64,000 nt of DNA, from positions 1 to 64,000 of the forward strand of contig JALJEE010002733.1 in assembly GCA_023231475.1 (NCBI GenBank), in the 5' to 3' direction. A program made the position numbers and the translations under genes. The notes under the pieces are model-generated. The model worked only from the letters and a program-made list of their open reading frames with translations, searched no databases and was not told the origin of the DNA. Below, in pieces: positions 38,340 through 53,468 of the stretch (its first letter is position 1; each line of letters begins with the position of its first letter). This DNA is from Seison nebaliae (Eukaryota).

Positions 38340-41300
38340 ATGGAATATTTTTTAAGGAATCTATTTGTGGAAATCTTTTCATATTGAAAACATTCTTTAA
38401 TTTGTTTAATTAGGAAATAAATAAAAATTTCTGTTGAGAAAATCTTTTCATAATATTTCCCAATGTTTTGTTGCTGCAACAATTGTTTGGGGAGGATGTT
38501 GATGAATAAAATTGAAAGGAAAATTTGAAGAACATACAGATGGTAGATGGAGAAGAAAGTATTGGGAGGAATAAAAAGAAGAATAGTTAGAAAAGATTCA
38601 ATGTTCTTCTCCTAACTAATCGACTTCTAAACTATTAATATTTGAATCTGGTAGGTAGATCGATATATTTTACGGATCGAACAATTACTTGTACATGCCT
38701 GAAATGATTGAACAAATTATTGGAAGTACTTAACTATTCCATTTCCTCTTATTTCCACTATAACATCATACGAATTGTTTATTTATTTATTATGAATGTA
38801 GTTGCCAAATCCGTTTCATAATCAAATTAACTCAATTCATTCAATCAATGAAGAACCATTAAACGATTCTTTACATTCGCTTCTTTCTTCATATTTTATC
38901 GTTTTTAATTGCTTTTCTTTTTTGTCGTCTTCCTTCCTGGAACAAAGATCGATCTTATTCTCATTTCTCCGAACATTATTGATGTTCGTGTCCCAAAATT
39001 TTCATTATCACATCACTAAAAATGAGAAATAAGTAAGAAGAACTAGAATGATTGAATAACTCGAAAATAGAAACAGGATAAGTGGAAAGATTTCAAATAA
39101 ACCAACAACATTATCTCACTTAATAATATAGAGTTTTAATGAACAATTTTAATGTGCGGAATTATTATTTGGATTTTCAGTTAGATTATATATATATATT
39201 TGGAAGTTGTTCATTTGAAATTGATGTATCGGAGAATAATTAATCTTGATGAGGGAAGAACATCATCAGTTATATTGAATGTTGGATATGTATTAACTAT
39301 ATAATAGAGAAATAGTCGCAGTTCTTCGTTTTCCGACCGGAATTCATTCTGAACTCAGAGACGAATTTACTCAAATATTAATTTATCAATTTTTCGGGGA
39401 GGAATTCAGTAAATACAATTCACTCATCGTTATTAGTTTAGTAATGAAAATAATTCATTGAATGCGTTTCCTGGAGAAAATGATTTTCATATGTATAAAC
39501 TCAGTTTTAAAAGCAACAGCTTGTCTTTAAATGCGCCAATGTGGTATAATTTTGAAAGGTGCAAAAGAGAAAAAAAACTTATCAAAATACGATTTCTTAG
39601 AGTTTTTTTCGTACTTAAATTGTTATCTGTGTCGAATGTTTCAGTAGTTCAGATTCTACTATTAAAATATAAAATGTCATACCTACATGTAATCATACAA
39701 CCTGACAAAAGTAATAAAGTCCTGATATGAGAAATTTTTTTCAATAAAAAAACATTAAGCACCCTGAAAACAATTGGATTTTTCTTCTAACACATCGACG
39801 AATTAAACTGATTATATATTCTTTAAAGGTAATTCGTTCACCGATTTCAATTTAAATGATGATTTCTTCTCCAAAATCATTTAAATACTACTTTAAGGTT
39901 CTTCTCCATATTTCGCTGTTATGAGTGTTTACCTCATCGAGTTTAGCGTGAAATTTGCCCCGAAAATAAGAAAGGAATATTAATGAAAACATAGGATTGA
40001 TGCCTCTCCATGATCCATAGCGTATAATTAACGGAAAATATTAAGGAGTTCGTATGGGAATATTAGTTGTTCCATGTTTATCTAATGAATAAACTAATGA
40101 AAACTGAATAGTAGCTATAATTGAGATGTGTTCATCTTAGAATGACAATGATAAACCGTTGGATTAGTAGTGGAGTAGTAAATATATAAATCGAGTAATA
40201 TGTTCCCAACTCTGTCATCTGCATTCCACTCCTTATTATTATTTTTATTTTTTAACTTATTTTCCCCAAATTGGGTTTAGTTAAATTATCATCTTATCAC
40301 TTTTTTTTACTAGATACGAACGATTAATTTTCTTTTGTACGGATGCTCTCCCAATACACTGTTATTATTCGGCTATTTCTAATAATTCATATGCCGTATG
40401 TAATACTTTCACTCTACCAAAATTTATTGTCCAGCCATTCTCAAGTAGATGCATTTACTTGTCCTCCTCTTATCTATCGATTAACATAATATTCCAATCA
40501 TTGATTTTTAGAGAATTATCTTTCGAAAATTCAATTGACTTTATTTTTACGAGAGTAGTTAATTCAAAGGACGGAACGACAAGTGATAAACGGACAATTG
40601 GTACACTTACTAAAAAGACTGAATGTCAAACATTATCCTATATCATAATATGTATTCCTTTTTATTCATAAGAATTGATCAATTTATACTTCGTATCAAT
40701 AGGATCGATTAATAGATGTTTGATTGATTGGTCTAATTTTGGATTTAAATTAGTTTTTTAATTAATATTTATTAAAAATATATTGAGTATTTTAATCGTG
40801 AAAAAAAGAAAAAACGTTCAAAAGTATAATTTATTATTATAACAGTATAACATATATTTATAATTTTCACATACAGATACAAAAAATGGTAAAAATACAA
40901 AAGTGAAAACGTCTCCCAGAATACCTGGACTCAATTCATTGAATTGAATTCCAACAACATCTTGTTTATTGTAAAGAAAAATTTTATTATTACCAATATT
41001 TACTCCTCCAATTTTATGATTAAATTCTTCCATTTTATTTACTCGACAATCTCTATTGTCTTACTTCTCTCCCATTTGTGAATGAGCTATCAACCGGAAA
41101 TTGATTAATTGTTTATTGTTTTCTTCATTTGGATGTGCTCGTGGAAATTGATGGAAGAGAAATATAAGTGAGAAGGAACATTTGATGAAATATTTATGAA
41201 ACTGTAGATTTAATTGTAATAAATTATTACTATTAACATTTGTTAAATATAGAAGATTATCTAATAATTCGCGTTAAACCGATTGTACAACCCAACAATT

Positions 41301-43593
41301 GGACTTGTTCCACGTCATAATGTTTTTTTCAAAGAAAATTATTGACAAAAATAAATTGTTATTTGGAACATAAGTTATGTCCAATAATACGCGTACATGC
41401 GTACCAATAATTAAACGTATTAATTCTCATTCTTATTTCGATATTAATTATCGATTATTTGTTAAATATGCGACTGAAATGGAATGAAAAATCTGCATAA
41501 ATTCCATCTCAATTCCAAGATGAATGAAAAAGAAATTATTAATGTGAAAAGATAATAATGGTTTTTATGATGATGACGATGAGAATGTTATAGAATAAGA
41601 AGCAAAAAACATATTGTTGATTACATGAATAATCAGAGGAAATGGAATGTGATGATGTAATATTTTATGCAGTTTCTTCTCCTTTCTTTTCAGTTGGTGT
41701 TGAAATGAAAAATGAAAGTTTTTTTCTTTTCAAAATAAACTACTCAGCTAGTTGCCATTCATTACCATCAAATCTTTGACTTATCACTATATCTTTATTT
41801 ATATCTGATAATTTATTAATATTGTGAGATGTAGATCACCTATTTGATCTAATGTCCAACAACGTCTATGACTTCCATTCAACTGATGACGAATTAAGAT
41901 AAAAATTATGGAAAACATCTTTCATATGTTGTTTAATACGGGATGTTCGGAAGAAGAAAAATAAGAAGATATATTTCCTTTCTAGAATAATCGAATGGAA
42001 AAGAAGAAATCATCTGTTTTGAGATTGAATCAAAAAATTTCACTTTCGTTTTGAAGATGTTGTTGAGTGTCTGAAAAGGAAACATTTTCACAAATAGTTG
42101 AAACAAAACCAACTTTTTAGAGCACACAATTCATCTATAATCGGCTAATGGATTTTTTTCGCATTTTCGGATGTTCATTAATTCCTTTCGACATTTGGGA
42201 GATATAGAAAAACTTTCAATTCTAAACAGATGTCTATCATTTTCTGTTTACTGTTTTCCTTAATTAAAAAATATGATGTATTTCCATCGGAGATGATGGC
42301 TGATCATGATGAGGATGATGTTCTTTTTGACAAAAGACGACTTATGAGAAGCATGATAAAACGAGCAATATTGAGTATGAGAAAATGGAAAAGAATAACA
42401 TTGAATTGAATTACAGTTTTTGGGGAATTCTCGTCTAATGTTAGTTTACTATCGGATAATAATGGAAATTTTTGAATAAAATAGACATCGTATAATCATG
42501 AAATAATAATATGATGGTGAATGATCGTTGTTGATATACATATAAATATATATCAATCTCAAAGAAGTTTCTCCATTATTATATTCTAATTATAATATTA
42601 AGGAGTCATTAGATATGTCATTTCTCCGCAATTTTTTTGTCCTAACCAATATCCTATTTGTCTTTCTACAAAACATTCCTCCTCAGGTAAGAAATCTAGT
42701 TCGAGAACGATCAACTGTTCTAATGTGATGTTAATAGGACATACCTTTCGCTTCTTTTCGCGAACATTCTCAGTGTTTGAGAAACTCTGGTCATTCTACG
42801 AAATTGTTAAGAAATAGGCAAATATTTCTTGGAAGAAATTTCAGAATTTTATTCCACCATGTTACACTTGTTATGATTGTTGCCAACAAGAAATATATCT
42901 TAGAGTCAGATGAAACATTTTAATTTTGGAGTTATCGATGTTATTAAAGAATGTGGTCATTAAAATCTCTGAAGTATGCGCCATTTGACGTAAAATGGAA
43001 AATAACTCTTTGCAACGAATCTCCAACAACTATGTAATTATTTAAATATTATACAAAGGATTATAAAAGATATGTCAATTCTTGCATTGATTTCAGGTAA
43101 TACCATTCCTTGGACTTTAGTAATGGTATCGTTAAAATGGTAAATATTTAAGTATAGAGTTCGACAAGTTTTTTCTCCTTGTCTTTTCAATTAACACATT
43201 TCACGAGTATCGATTTTATTGGTGTTGCAATAATTTATTTCATTATTGCTTATAGCGTCTATTTGAAACTTAATCCGTATTTCATTGATTCTAAAAGCGA
43301 AAGATAAATTATTCTTAAAATAAATTCTAAAAGTATTTCATTTTGTCATAGTATGAGTAGAACATTGAAAAATGCCGATCTTGACGATTGTTCGATCTAG
43401 GGCTGGGGGAATGATCCATGATCCTTAAATGAAAAAGATCGATCCTTCTATACGAACTTCGATCTCGTTTATTGTGTTCTCTTCAATGTCTTCAAATACT
43501 CATCGTGTAGTTTCACCAGGTTCTGAACTGTTTTTTATTATTAAGACTTAGAATGTACTATATTAAAATTTAGTGTATAAAAGTGAATGACGT

Positions 43594-43652
43594 ACAATTC
43601 GGAGAATAGACAATTCCCAGATAAGACAATTCAGAGAATAGATAATTCAAAG
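43594..43652. repeat. ~15-bp tandem array (ACAATTCnGAGAATAG-like, 4 copies)
   Basis: acaattcggagaatag acaattcccagataag acaattcagagaatag ataattcaaaga; same style as the subterminal arrays of the MULE at 16245. Confidence 0.55.
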
Positions 43653-45444
43653 ATTCAAATAATTCAATTTTCAATGGAGAACAGACTTTTCAAATAAACA
43701 AAAAATATGATTTATTAGAATATGTTTTTGTACTAAAATTTGAGAGTTTTCCATCCGCACTGAAATTTATTTGCACGTACTGCTGAGTGAGTGAAAACCG
43801 GAAACACTTAATTCTATGGATGAGATTCTTATTATTATGTACAAGTTGGACAATATGTCACATGTTCCCGATATCTTACGTTCTGAAATAGATCGGGTGA
43901 AATTGTTTAATTCTAATAATTCTCCAAATCTATTTCTCTTCTAAACTTATCCTGCGGGGATTTCTGCGAAGGAAAAATAGATAACGATAACTCTTAATAG
44001 AATTGCAAATAAATTAAGGGAAAGAATCCATTCTTTTCAAAAAAGTACTTGTTAAATTGATATCTTAGTTTTCCCATTAAAACGATTACGACAGATTCCA
44101 GTGTTTACTCATAATTCCTTTTTTAACATCGACACTTATTTATACGTTTCCTATTGTACTTAATTGGACTACTTATCATAACAATTCATAAAATATGATG
44201 ATTTGCTAATAATAAAACTTATCTAGGAATCTGTTTAATATCCTATTCATTTGGATAAATTATCTTCCGTCTCGCTTATTGTCTACATCGAATAATCTAT
44301 TATTATTATATTATTACAAACATGATATGTTTTAGACGAAGTTTGAAAGATATTATTAGAGGAGAATGGAAGACAAATGAAGAAATGCACAGTTCTATGA
44401 TTTTACGTTAATTATTAAAATGTACAATTCGCACAAAATTAAACAATTTTATTATTGTCGCTGAAAGGAAGGAAAATGTTTGATGTCATAATTTTGGAAG
44501 TATCTTTCTTCAAAGATACGAAATTTCTATTCATTCTTCTTGTTCTTCGATTACAGTTCGATTTTTTGAAAAAATTGATTATTCTTATTTAGAATTATCA
44601 ATAAAGTAGAATTCATAAGGGAATGGAATTGTTCTCTGCTAAAAGGTTCTTATAATAAGAAAATATGGATAATTTGTATGTGAGGTAAGTCCGAAATTGG
44701 AATTGATAATTGTTATTTTCTATAAAATAATGGAAATATAACAACTGTCAATGGATATCTCTTAATTTATTCATTCGTTTATTAGTGTTCAATCGTTTCA
44801 TATTAATTCTAATTAGAGAACGTTCTTCTAATTTAAAATTCAGTCATTTGATTATTGTAAATTGTATTTGAAATTCCATCTTTCCCAAACGATTAACTTA
44901 TTGATATTAATGTTCTTTTCTAATAACCTTATCAAATACAGGAAAACAGATAATATCAATATTTATTATCGAAAATTACTTTAGGGAAAAGAAATGGAAA
45001 ATTGTTAGGGAATATATTATATGTATGTTCTAAGAAATGCATTCTTCTATTATATTCTCGATTTATTGTTTTTAAAAAAATTGGAATGATTATGCAATTT
45101 CCCCAGAATTATATGACATCAATTTATATGTATTCTAATTTCTTTTCGTAATTTTAAAGTATTCTTATAATGGAATTGAGAACTTTCATGTGTTCCTAAA
45201 TATTAAATGTTCCATTTAAAATTGTCATACTTAAAATTTAAAATGTATATAGGATGAGTGATATTTCTAAAAATGTTTGATGATATAAAAAAAATAATGG
45301 AATTATTTCTTCCTATCATTAGATTGAATCGGAAAGACATTCTTCACTCATGTCTTCGTTAGTTTACGTGGAAATTGCATTATCTGGCACATGAAACACC
45401 AGCAACTGACAAGGTATGTTAAATGATTCCATAAGTCAAATAAG

Positions 45445-48188
45445 ATGTTCATCAATTCTGTCGGAAATAAAGGAAATCTTAAGAAGAATGCCATTGTCAC
45501 CCAAAGTAATTGTTTGGATAGCGACGATGATGAAGATGATACGAGAGATTCAAGTTCAACCATCAACACCGAATTTACAGAAAATGGTATCGATTCCTGT
45601 TGTTGTAGTAAATATTCGGCATTTATCCTGTTTATTGTTTTCGGATACAAAATCTATATTCGACGAGAGTCATCCATCTCATTGTTGTATTTCGTCATTC
45701 TCCTCTTACAAGCTGTCCAATCTTGTCTGCTTATCATATCATTATGTTCCGGTCAATGGCGTCGTACTGATACGGCGAAAATCAAAGAATTCCAATCATC
45801 GGATAGTATCAATACTAGAAATTACATGACAATCACAGCAGCTATTCAACTCGATAAATATCGTGGATTATTCGGTACATGCTCACAATTACATGTTATT
45901 CAATTGATTATGCCACGACAAGATATGTTATTTCCCGTCCCATCGACACTCAATTTATCAGGAGTATGTTTAGCGGAAGATAAATTCGAATGTCGAGAAT
46001 TGCCATATCATATCGGGTTTAGTGGTGCACCAGTTGGACATCAGTTTTTGAAAACGTGCATCGAAAAAGAGAAGTTATGTGATGGCCACATTGATTGCTG
46101 GAATGGAGAAGATGAAGCCAATTGCCCATCTGGTCCGTTACATGTCACAAACGGAGAACATTGTCCCAAAAGTTCAACAAATTCTTTTCATAATTATTCA
46201 TGAAATTTCTCTTCTAAATTAGATTATCGTCGTTGTCCTTCAATTAATCTGTGTGTACCAAATGACAATTTTTGTGATGGTGCTAATAGTTGTGGAAATT
46301 TGGAAGACGAAAACAACTGCACACAATGTCATGGAAGTGTAGAATGCGAAAATCACTCATGTCGATTAGGTAATCGGTTGAAAAATTTCCATTATCTCAC
46401 CATCTTATCTTCATTAAATGTATTGGTTTTAAAGTTGCAACTTGTTCATGAACATATAATGCCCTAAGCGACATATAAATATTTCCAAATTTAATTTTCG
46501 ACCTTGAATAATTTTTATAGTTTTTTGAAAAATTATACAAAATTTTTTAGGAAACTTTTTCCACCATTTTGCTCTTCGAATATTTCTAATTGTTGGACAT
46601 TTAACTTTATTTTAAATACTTTTAGATGCGATGGCAATATTGATTGTGGTCAAGATATTCCTCATATCAACAAATTCTTGAGCTCAGATGAATATAATTG
46701 TTCGAAAACCGAATGTGAATTATGTGAAAGTTTTATTTCTTAATTTCATACATTTTATTCATTCGTGATAAAGAAATAAATGAAGAGAATTTCAAATATT
46801 CTGCTTGCATATCCGAAGGGGAACGATGTAATGGAATACCCAATTGTCGAGGTTTTGAAGACGAGAAAGATTGTATTGACGGGACATTCGATGCGGTTCA
46901 TAATTGTACATACCAAAACTATTTCTCATCTCTCAAATATAAAATGATGTCCGTTCGTACAATGTCCATGTCCTACGAATATATGAGTTAGTGTTCGATA
47001 AGGATAAAGTATTATTATTATCATGATTATTGAGTAGAAGGTGTAGAAGAGTTTGACGAAGAGAAATATATAAGTTTCATTTCCAAGCAATATGTCTATG
47101 CCATTCTCATAGTCATCAATGTGATTCTCGCAACAGTAACGATGTTATTGTCATTGCTCATTTTTTCGTCGTTATTGGTGGCGAATGTAAAATTTCGTCA
47201 ACGATTGAATCAAAATAAGTTTATAAAGAATCTCTACAATTCCAAATTTCAGTCATCCAATAATAGTAGAAATCACCGACGGAAATGTTTAGATGTGACG
47301 AGAGAAAAAGAGAGAAAATTGAAAACGTCCAATAATTTCAAATCCTTCAATTATCGGATGTGTAAACATTATTGTGTGAATTTAAGTGAAAGGAAATCTT
47401 CATTGTTGCAAACATTGTCTGGAATTCTTGCATTTGTTAGTGCACTCTTGTGCACCGTCACCACGATCTCATATTCGATGTTGCAGAAATGGGTAGATTA
47501 TTCTCAAAATTTGAATTCCGATCGAATCTACAAAAAAATGATGAGAGAGAATAAGAACGTACGCGAATCATTGGAAGCATATGGATGGTCTTATCATCTC
47601 AATTGGGTGAGTGCAATGCTCGCATTCAGTGTGAGAATTCTCATTTCTTTCCATAAATGCTCATACATCAAACATTATCGGAAACGATCTTTAATCGTTC
47701 GAAATACATTAAAATCCAAAACTAATCTCTTAATAAATAACAATAAATTGAATGAAAAATTATCGTCAATGAATACGTCAGGACAAAATCATTTATCAAG
47801 AACTGTTCCATCAATCAATGACAATCCATGTCGTTCAAGTTCGAATAAAGAAAAACCTAAAAAAAAATCAACAAATTTCTCATTAAATTTATTAGAAGAA
47901 AAACAATTCTCCAAAAGTTTACCATCTGAAGCGGTATCAACTGATGACTGTTTATTCGAAGGAGATTCAACAATCAATTCCGTTTGCTCTTTTCGACTTT
48001 TAGATGATATCGATCTAAATCTGATTAATGCTCTTAAGTCACTTCAATCATCAATGATCAAATTCGATAATGGATCATATACACCTGGTTGTTTGGGTTG
48101 TCAAATTAACTACATTCAACAATGTAAATTTTTTAATGAAAAACGAATCGAAGAAAAAAATTCTTCAAAACCAATGGCTGATGAATAA
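45445..48188 (+). CDS. Claudin/PMP22-like tetraspan protein with four LDL-receptor class A modules in extracellular loop 1; ~5 exons
   Basis: TM1 then GQW...RGLFGTC (claudin W-GLW-C-like). LDLa units CDGHIDCWNGEDEANC, CDGANSCGNLEDENNC, CDGNIDC..SSDEYNC, CNGIPNCRGFEDEKDC, joined by introns at ~46172-46222, 46377-46550, 46729-46773, 46987-47037. Then TM2, TM3 (SGILAFVSALLCTVTTISY) and YGWSYHLNW preceding TM4. Start codon uncertain. Confidence 0.8.
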
Positions 48189-48737
48189 TTTCAATTAAAA
48201 CTTTTTCAAAAATAAAAATATATATCATTTTTCATTGTTGGTGTGTAAATTCCGATTCAGGTTAATCAGAAATTAATTTTGAGAAATAAAATTTTAATTG
48301 ATAAATATCGTTTGAGAAGTTTTATTGTTGGCTGGATAAAACTGGATAAAACAAGTTATCGAATAGAATAGAAAATTGAACAACTTTACCAATCCAACGG
48401 AATTGTTGTTCATAATTTCAGCCGGAACATAATCTTACAAATCGAAATTATCGATAAATCACATGATTTATTAGTCGAATTGCAAAATGTCAATATCAAT
48501 AAAAGATCATGAACGAAATATAAATTAAAATGAATCTTTCTAAAGAGAGTGGTCATAGTTTAAAATTGCTCAAATTTAGACACTTATCTGAAGAGAATTT
48601 GTTTCATAGAAATAAGGTTATTAGAAAAATTGAGAAAACATAAAAAGAAAAGATATTCGAAAGAAAAATTGAAATAAATTTTTTATTTTTCTATTTTTCA
48701 GTTTTACGAATTTTTCTTAAGTCATTTCATATTCGCT

Positions 48738-49265
48738 ATGTCTGTCGAACCGTTGGAAACCGTATCAGCTAAGGAATATCCCGGCCCAGTTTTCCGATTT
48801 GCTTCATAGTTTTTACTTTGTTTATCAACATTTTATAATGTTACTTTTCAAATTTCAAGTTTCCGTCCATGGATCAGCGATTCGGATATGGAGCATCACA
48901 TTGAATTGAATAATGTGACGAGACGAATGAGTCATGCGGAGGAGGACATTTTAGAATCTTATGCTCCAATCGAAATACGTGATGTGAGTGATGTAATAGC
49001 TAATGAATTAGTTAATTATATCGATATAGCAATGGGTCAAATGGGTGGAGCGACATTGACCAATAGTGGCATTATTGAAGAAGTTGCACCAGGACCGAAT
49101 ATTTTAAGTGATAAAGAATTACAAGACTTCGAGACGTCAAAAGATGGCAATGATCAAAATACTACAATAGAACGACCACCACAAGGTATGATGTTCGAAA
49201 CGACACCTCCTGGCAGTCACAAGAAAGATACGGGATATGTGGAGAATGCTCAATATACTCAATAA
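48738..49265 (+). CDS. Orphan acidic protein (~158 aa), 2 exons
   Basis: ATG at 48738 gives MSVEPLETVSAKEYPGPVFRFASY; a ~50-nt intron gttttt..ttcaag joins it in frame to the 48888-49265 ORF (FRPWISDSDMEHHIEL...). Confidence 0.65.
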
Positions 49266-52200
49266 GAGAAGATCTTTAATTCAAATTCAAATAGTCGCTG
49301 TTTGTTTTGTTCATTTTCATTTCTTGTCTATCATATTTGGAAGAATTTTAGAATAATTCTCACAGGAAAGTATTTCTTCTTAATGAAAAAAAAAATTCAA
49401 AAATTATTTTTGTTAAATTAAATTAGAAGTATTCTTAAAAATCGTGGAAACACTTCATGGGAATTACCTCTTTTTCAATTCTCATCTTTCCCATTTTTTC
49501 CATCATAAGGAGAAATATAATTTATATGTTGTATAGTGTATAAAATGAAATTAAAGTAGAATGAGTTAAATATTCCTTATAATGATCTGATGGAATTACA
49601 TCATTGATGTGGGTATCGACAAAATAACAATATCAACGAACCGAACAATATTGAACTTTCTCTTCTTTTGGGAATGGTTTCTCATTAGAATCAGTTCGAA
49701 TCAGTCTTCTCCTTTCTCTCCTCACCCATATTCATAGGGGGACTTGTTCGAATTATCATCCAATTCTGCAACTTTTAACGTCAATTTGTAAATTAGACGA
49801 AATGAAATTTATACTTGCGACGTTTTGGGAAATGGACGTTCTTCTTAAATAAAAATACTTCTGGAAGAAGACTTGGACATAATTCTAATATTATACAAGC
49901 GGCATTCAATTACCATATGCAAATAGGCGAGAAAGATGATAAGCGAACCACATACATCAACATTCACAGATTTGTCTCAAAATGTTCTTTATTCGAAAAT
50001 TTAATGAAATTACTTTTGAGTTTCATCGAAGAAGTCTAAGGCAAATCTTCTTCGTCTTTGATCAATTCAACTCGATGATGTTTTTCAGACATAATGGAAA
50101 TTCTCTTCTCCATTTCCTTCAACATTTCTTTCTTTTTTTCTGTAACTATTTTTATATTAAAAAGCTTCATTAATTAGAAAAGAATCAGTTCCATCTTTTT
50201 CAATCTTCCATAAATTATAGACTTCCTTCAGTTGAATTTGTAATTGAAAGAATGGTTCCATTTTTAATTTTCTTTCTTTTTTGGAAACAAAATTCAGTTC
50301 CAAAAACTTTTCCTATCAAATCAAATGAAACTGCTAATGCTTAAGGAAGTTCTCCTCTATCCGCAAGATAATACTATAAATAAATATAAAATTTCAATTT
50401 TCTTTCAATTCAATTTGGTTATGGTTATTAGACAATGTCCACCAATCGAACAACCAACCAACTATTGTAATTAGAGTCGAGTTTGATGACATTAGAGTCA
50501 AATTTACGAGAAATAATAGAAATTAGAATCATCCGAACGTTGTGAGAAGTAACAAGAATTTTCGAATTCTTTTTCACAATACCAAAACTTCAGTAACTTT
50601 TCTTCTTTTTGTATTCGGCACCAATTTATTTTCTTTCCCTCCCAATTTTCTCACCATCATCCTCAACCATAAGATTTCCTTCCTAGTTTTTTTTTATAAC
50701 TAAACAAGTTTTTTAATTTTTCGAAAGAAACTTTTTTTGGAACATTTCTTTTTCCCGATAGTTCTTAATACGGTCAAATGGGCAAAGTATTCTGATATTT
50801 CATATAAAAACAAATAGAAGATGTATTTTTATATTCCGCTATCATCCTCCGACCATTTGGCAGTGGAGAGCGAATTCGCGTGTAACTTCACTCATTTCGA
50901 GTAGTTAAGTGGAAGTTGAATGAAAGTATCTTCATGTTACTACTTTCTTTTTGTTATATTTGATAAAACGTAGTAGTCAATTATTCTCATCATACTAGAA
51001 CGTTTTAACAGAGAGTTTAGGGGAATGGTTTTTTTTTTCAAGAAAATTTACAAAGAATTTCTGTTAAATTATAGTAGTTCTATCAGAGAGGAAGGGATAT
51101 TCTCCTTAAAAATTCTCGTAATTATTTGGTGATTTTACAGGAACGTGAACGATGAGCGAGGGAATAATGTTGTTTATCATAAAAATAATTTATTAGTTTT
51201 GTATCAAAAGACAAACGTTTTACAAGAACACGAACTAAGTTACGAATCTAAAAAAATAGTGAACTGAAAACGAAGAAGTTTCACAGTGAAAAACTTTTTG
51301 ACATTGTAGTTCTAGTTCTCGTTATTGTTTGTGTTGCTGAATATCATTTGAAGAAAGTTATTATAAGAATATATTCCGTTTCAATAAATTAATGAGAATA
51401 TGAAATGGAATGGTTGACAGAGTTGTCAGGTTACCATCAAAAAACTTCCATCACCACTAGTCGTCGTTGTCGGAACGTTGTATGGCTCATTGAAAACGGG
51501 AGATAAACTAAGACGTAATTACACAACAACAGTAATAATAATTATGATAATTCCTCTTCTCAAATATCCTGAAACGATTGTTTGTTGAAGACATCGAGTA
51601 AAGCAGTCATGAATCATTTCCCGATAACGTCTTCATATAATTTGTATGAAATTCATATCGGAAGAACTCCATCACTTTAATAGGACGAAAGGACAATAAA
51701 GAAAAATCTCAAACTCCGAAAAAAAATTTATTTATATGTCTCACAACAATGACAGATATATCGAGAAAGACAACTTTATTGTATTATTCTTTTTAATTAC
51801 ATTTCTTTCATCTCTGATAAGTTTCTTCTTGTCATCTTATCAATACCAATAAGCCTTTTCTTTTATAGTTCTCTTCGTAGATTCGCAAGTCAAATAATTT
51901 TCGTGAGAACTTTAATCTTGCATTTGGTTCGTATACGATTAAACTTCTTAACGAAATTTTCCTCCTCAAAAAAAAAAAACAACACTTCCAAAACAATCAA
52001 ATCCACTTAGCACGCAACTGTGAAGCGTTCTATTCTTATTCCGGCAAATTTTCATCATATTTTTTTCCATCGTCATCGTCAACGCCATATGAAATGCGAG
52101 GACTTATCTAACGTAAATCTTAGAAGTTAGATTGTTAGGTAGTCCTGATCGAAATGTCAGGTATCTCTCAAAATGGGAGAATAATTTCGGTTTAATTGTT

Positions 52201-53468
52201 CATAATAAACGGCATAGTAAAGTTATTCATAAGACATTTCTGGAATTACTTTCGTAAATTTATCTTAATTCCCTTCAACCCACTAGAAGACAATGAATGA
52301 GACTGAGAGAATATTGCATCAAAATTTTAACAGATATATGCGAATATGCTTTTTCGTCATACTCCTCACTACATCTACGAACTTTCTAATTCGACTCTTT
52401 CGTTCATTTTCTTCCCGTAAAAGCAATATATTTCGGTTCATATTTCTTCCTATTTTTAATTAATTACTAATTCCGAATTGAATTCTCCAACGTTCATACG
52501 ACGATTTCTTTGTATATATACTTAATCATTAATTGTCCAGAACATCAATTTTATTATGTAAAAGAATTCTGATAAAATGATCGTTTCGAAATAATTTTGT
52601 CTTTTTTTATAAAATTGTATCATATTATTTTGATAATACGTAAAGATATGTATGCACATGTTGATAATATTATCGAATGTAAAATATTTGTGGGATTTTC
52701 TGTTGACTAATGACCATTTAGAGAAGCAATTGAAAGCAATATGCAGATATTTCATACATTAACTGACATAGGTTTAGTATTTGATTGAATTGCAGAAATT
52801 ATGTAATAAACAATATTGGAAATAGATCTATTAGATTATGAAACTGAAACCGTTTAGCAATTTCTTTATTGAATATAGATTTGTGACAATATAAAAAGGT
52901 GTATTTATGTTTAAAATGATTTAACGAGCACAACTCAGATTTTGATAGGCATTAAAAATATTTGTATTCTCAGTTTGTCGGTTGGAACGGTTTGATCATC
53001 ATCGATGATGAGAAATTTAACAATATTTTCAATTTCTATATTTCGAATCTTCCCCCACAAGATCTTCATGAGGTTGAATCAACTGACAATTGTGAGTTGA
53101 CAGAATTGGGAAAATTTTTATTTTGCTATACTTCCCATTAGAAGTTGGTTGCACAAAAGAACAAGTTAAGATGGTAGATGGCATTGTCAAATCTTAATGT
53201 CATACAATTTTAATGTTGCTCGTTTATAAGCATTGGATTCAACCAGATTACCTCGAAATTCTTTATTTGTTGTACATAATTTCTTCTTGATTAATTCCTT
53301 TCTTGCACTAGATATATTATTGCTACAACACAAATTTACTTATCTTCTTTAATTTATTGAACAGAAGATAATTGTGAAATTATTCTTCTTCATTCATTCA
53401 CTTGGACGCGTGCATCCTCATAACGACACAAAATCACAAATAGCGTACAATAAATTTCCTCTTGTCGA

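Noticed and set aside
38400..39060. Charged exon-like segment on the minus strand downstream of GEX1
   Set aside because: Could not be extended into a consistent gene model.
40560..41170. Possible MULE N-terminal fragment and terminal repeat units
   Set aside because: No catalytic motif or TSD recognisable; too degraded to call.
49600..52520. Coding-like stretches on both strands
   Set aside because: Frequent stops and frameshifts, no recognisable motifs and no coherent exon chain.
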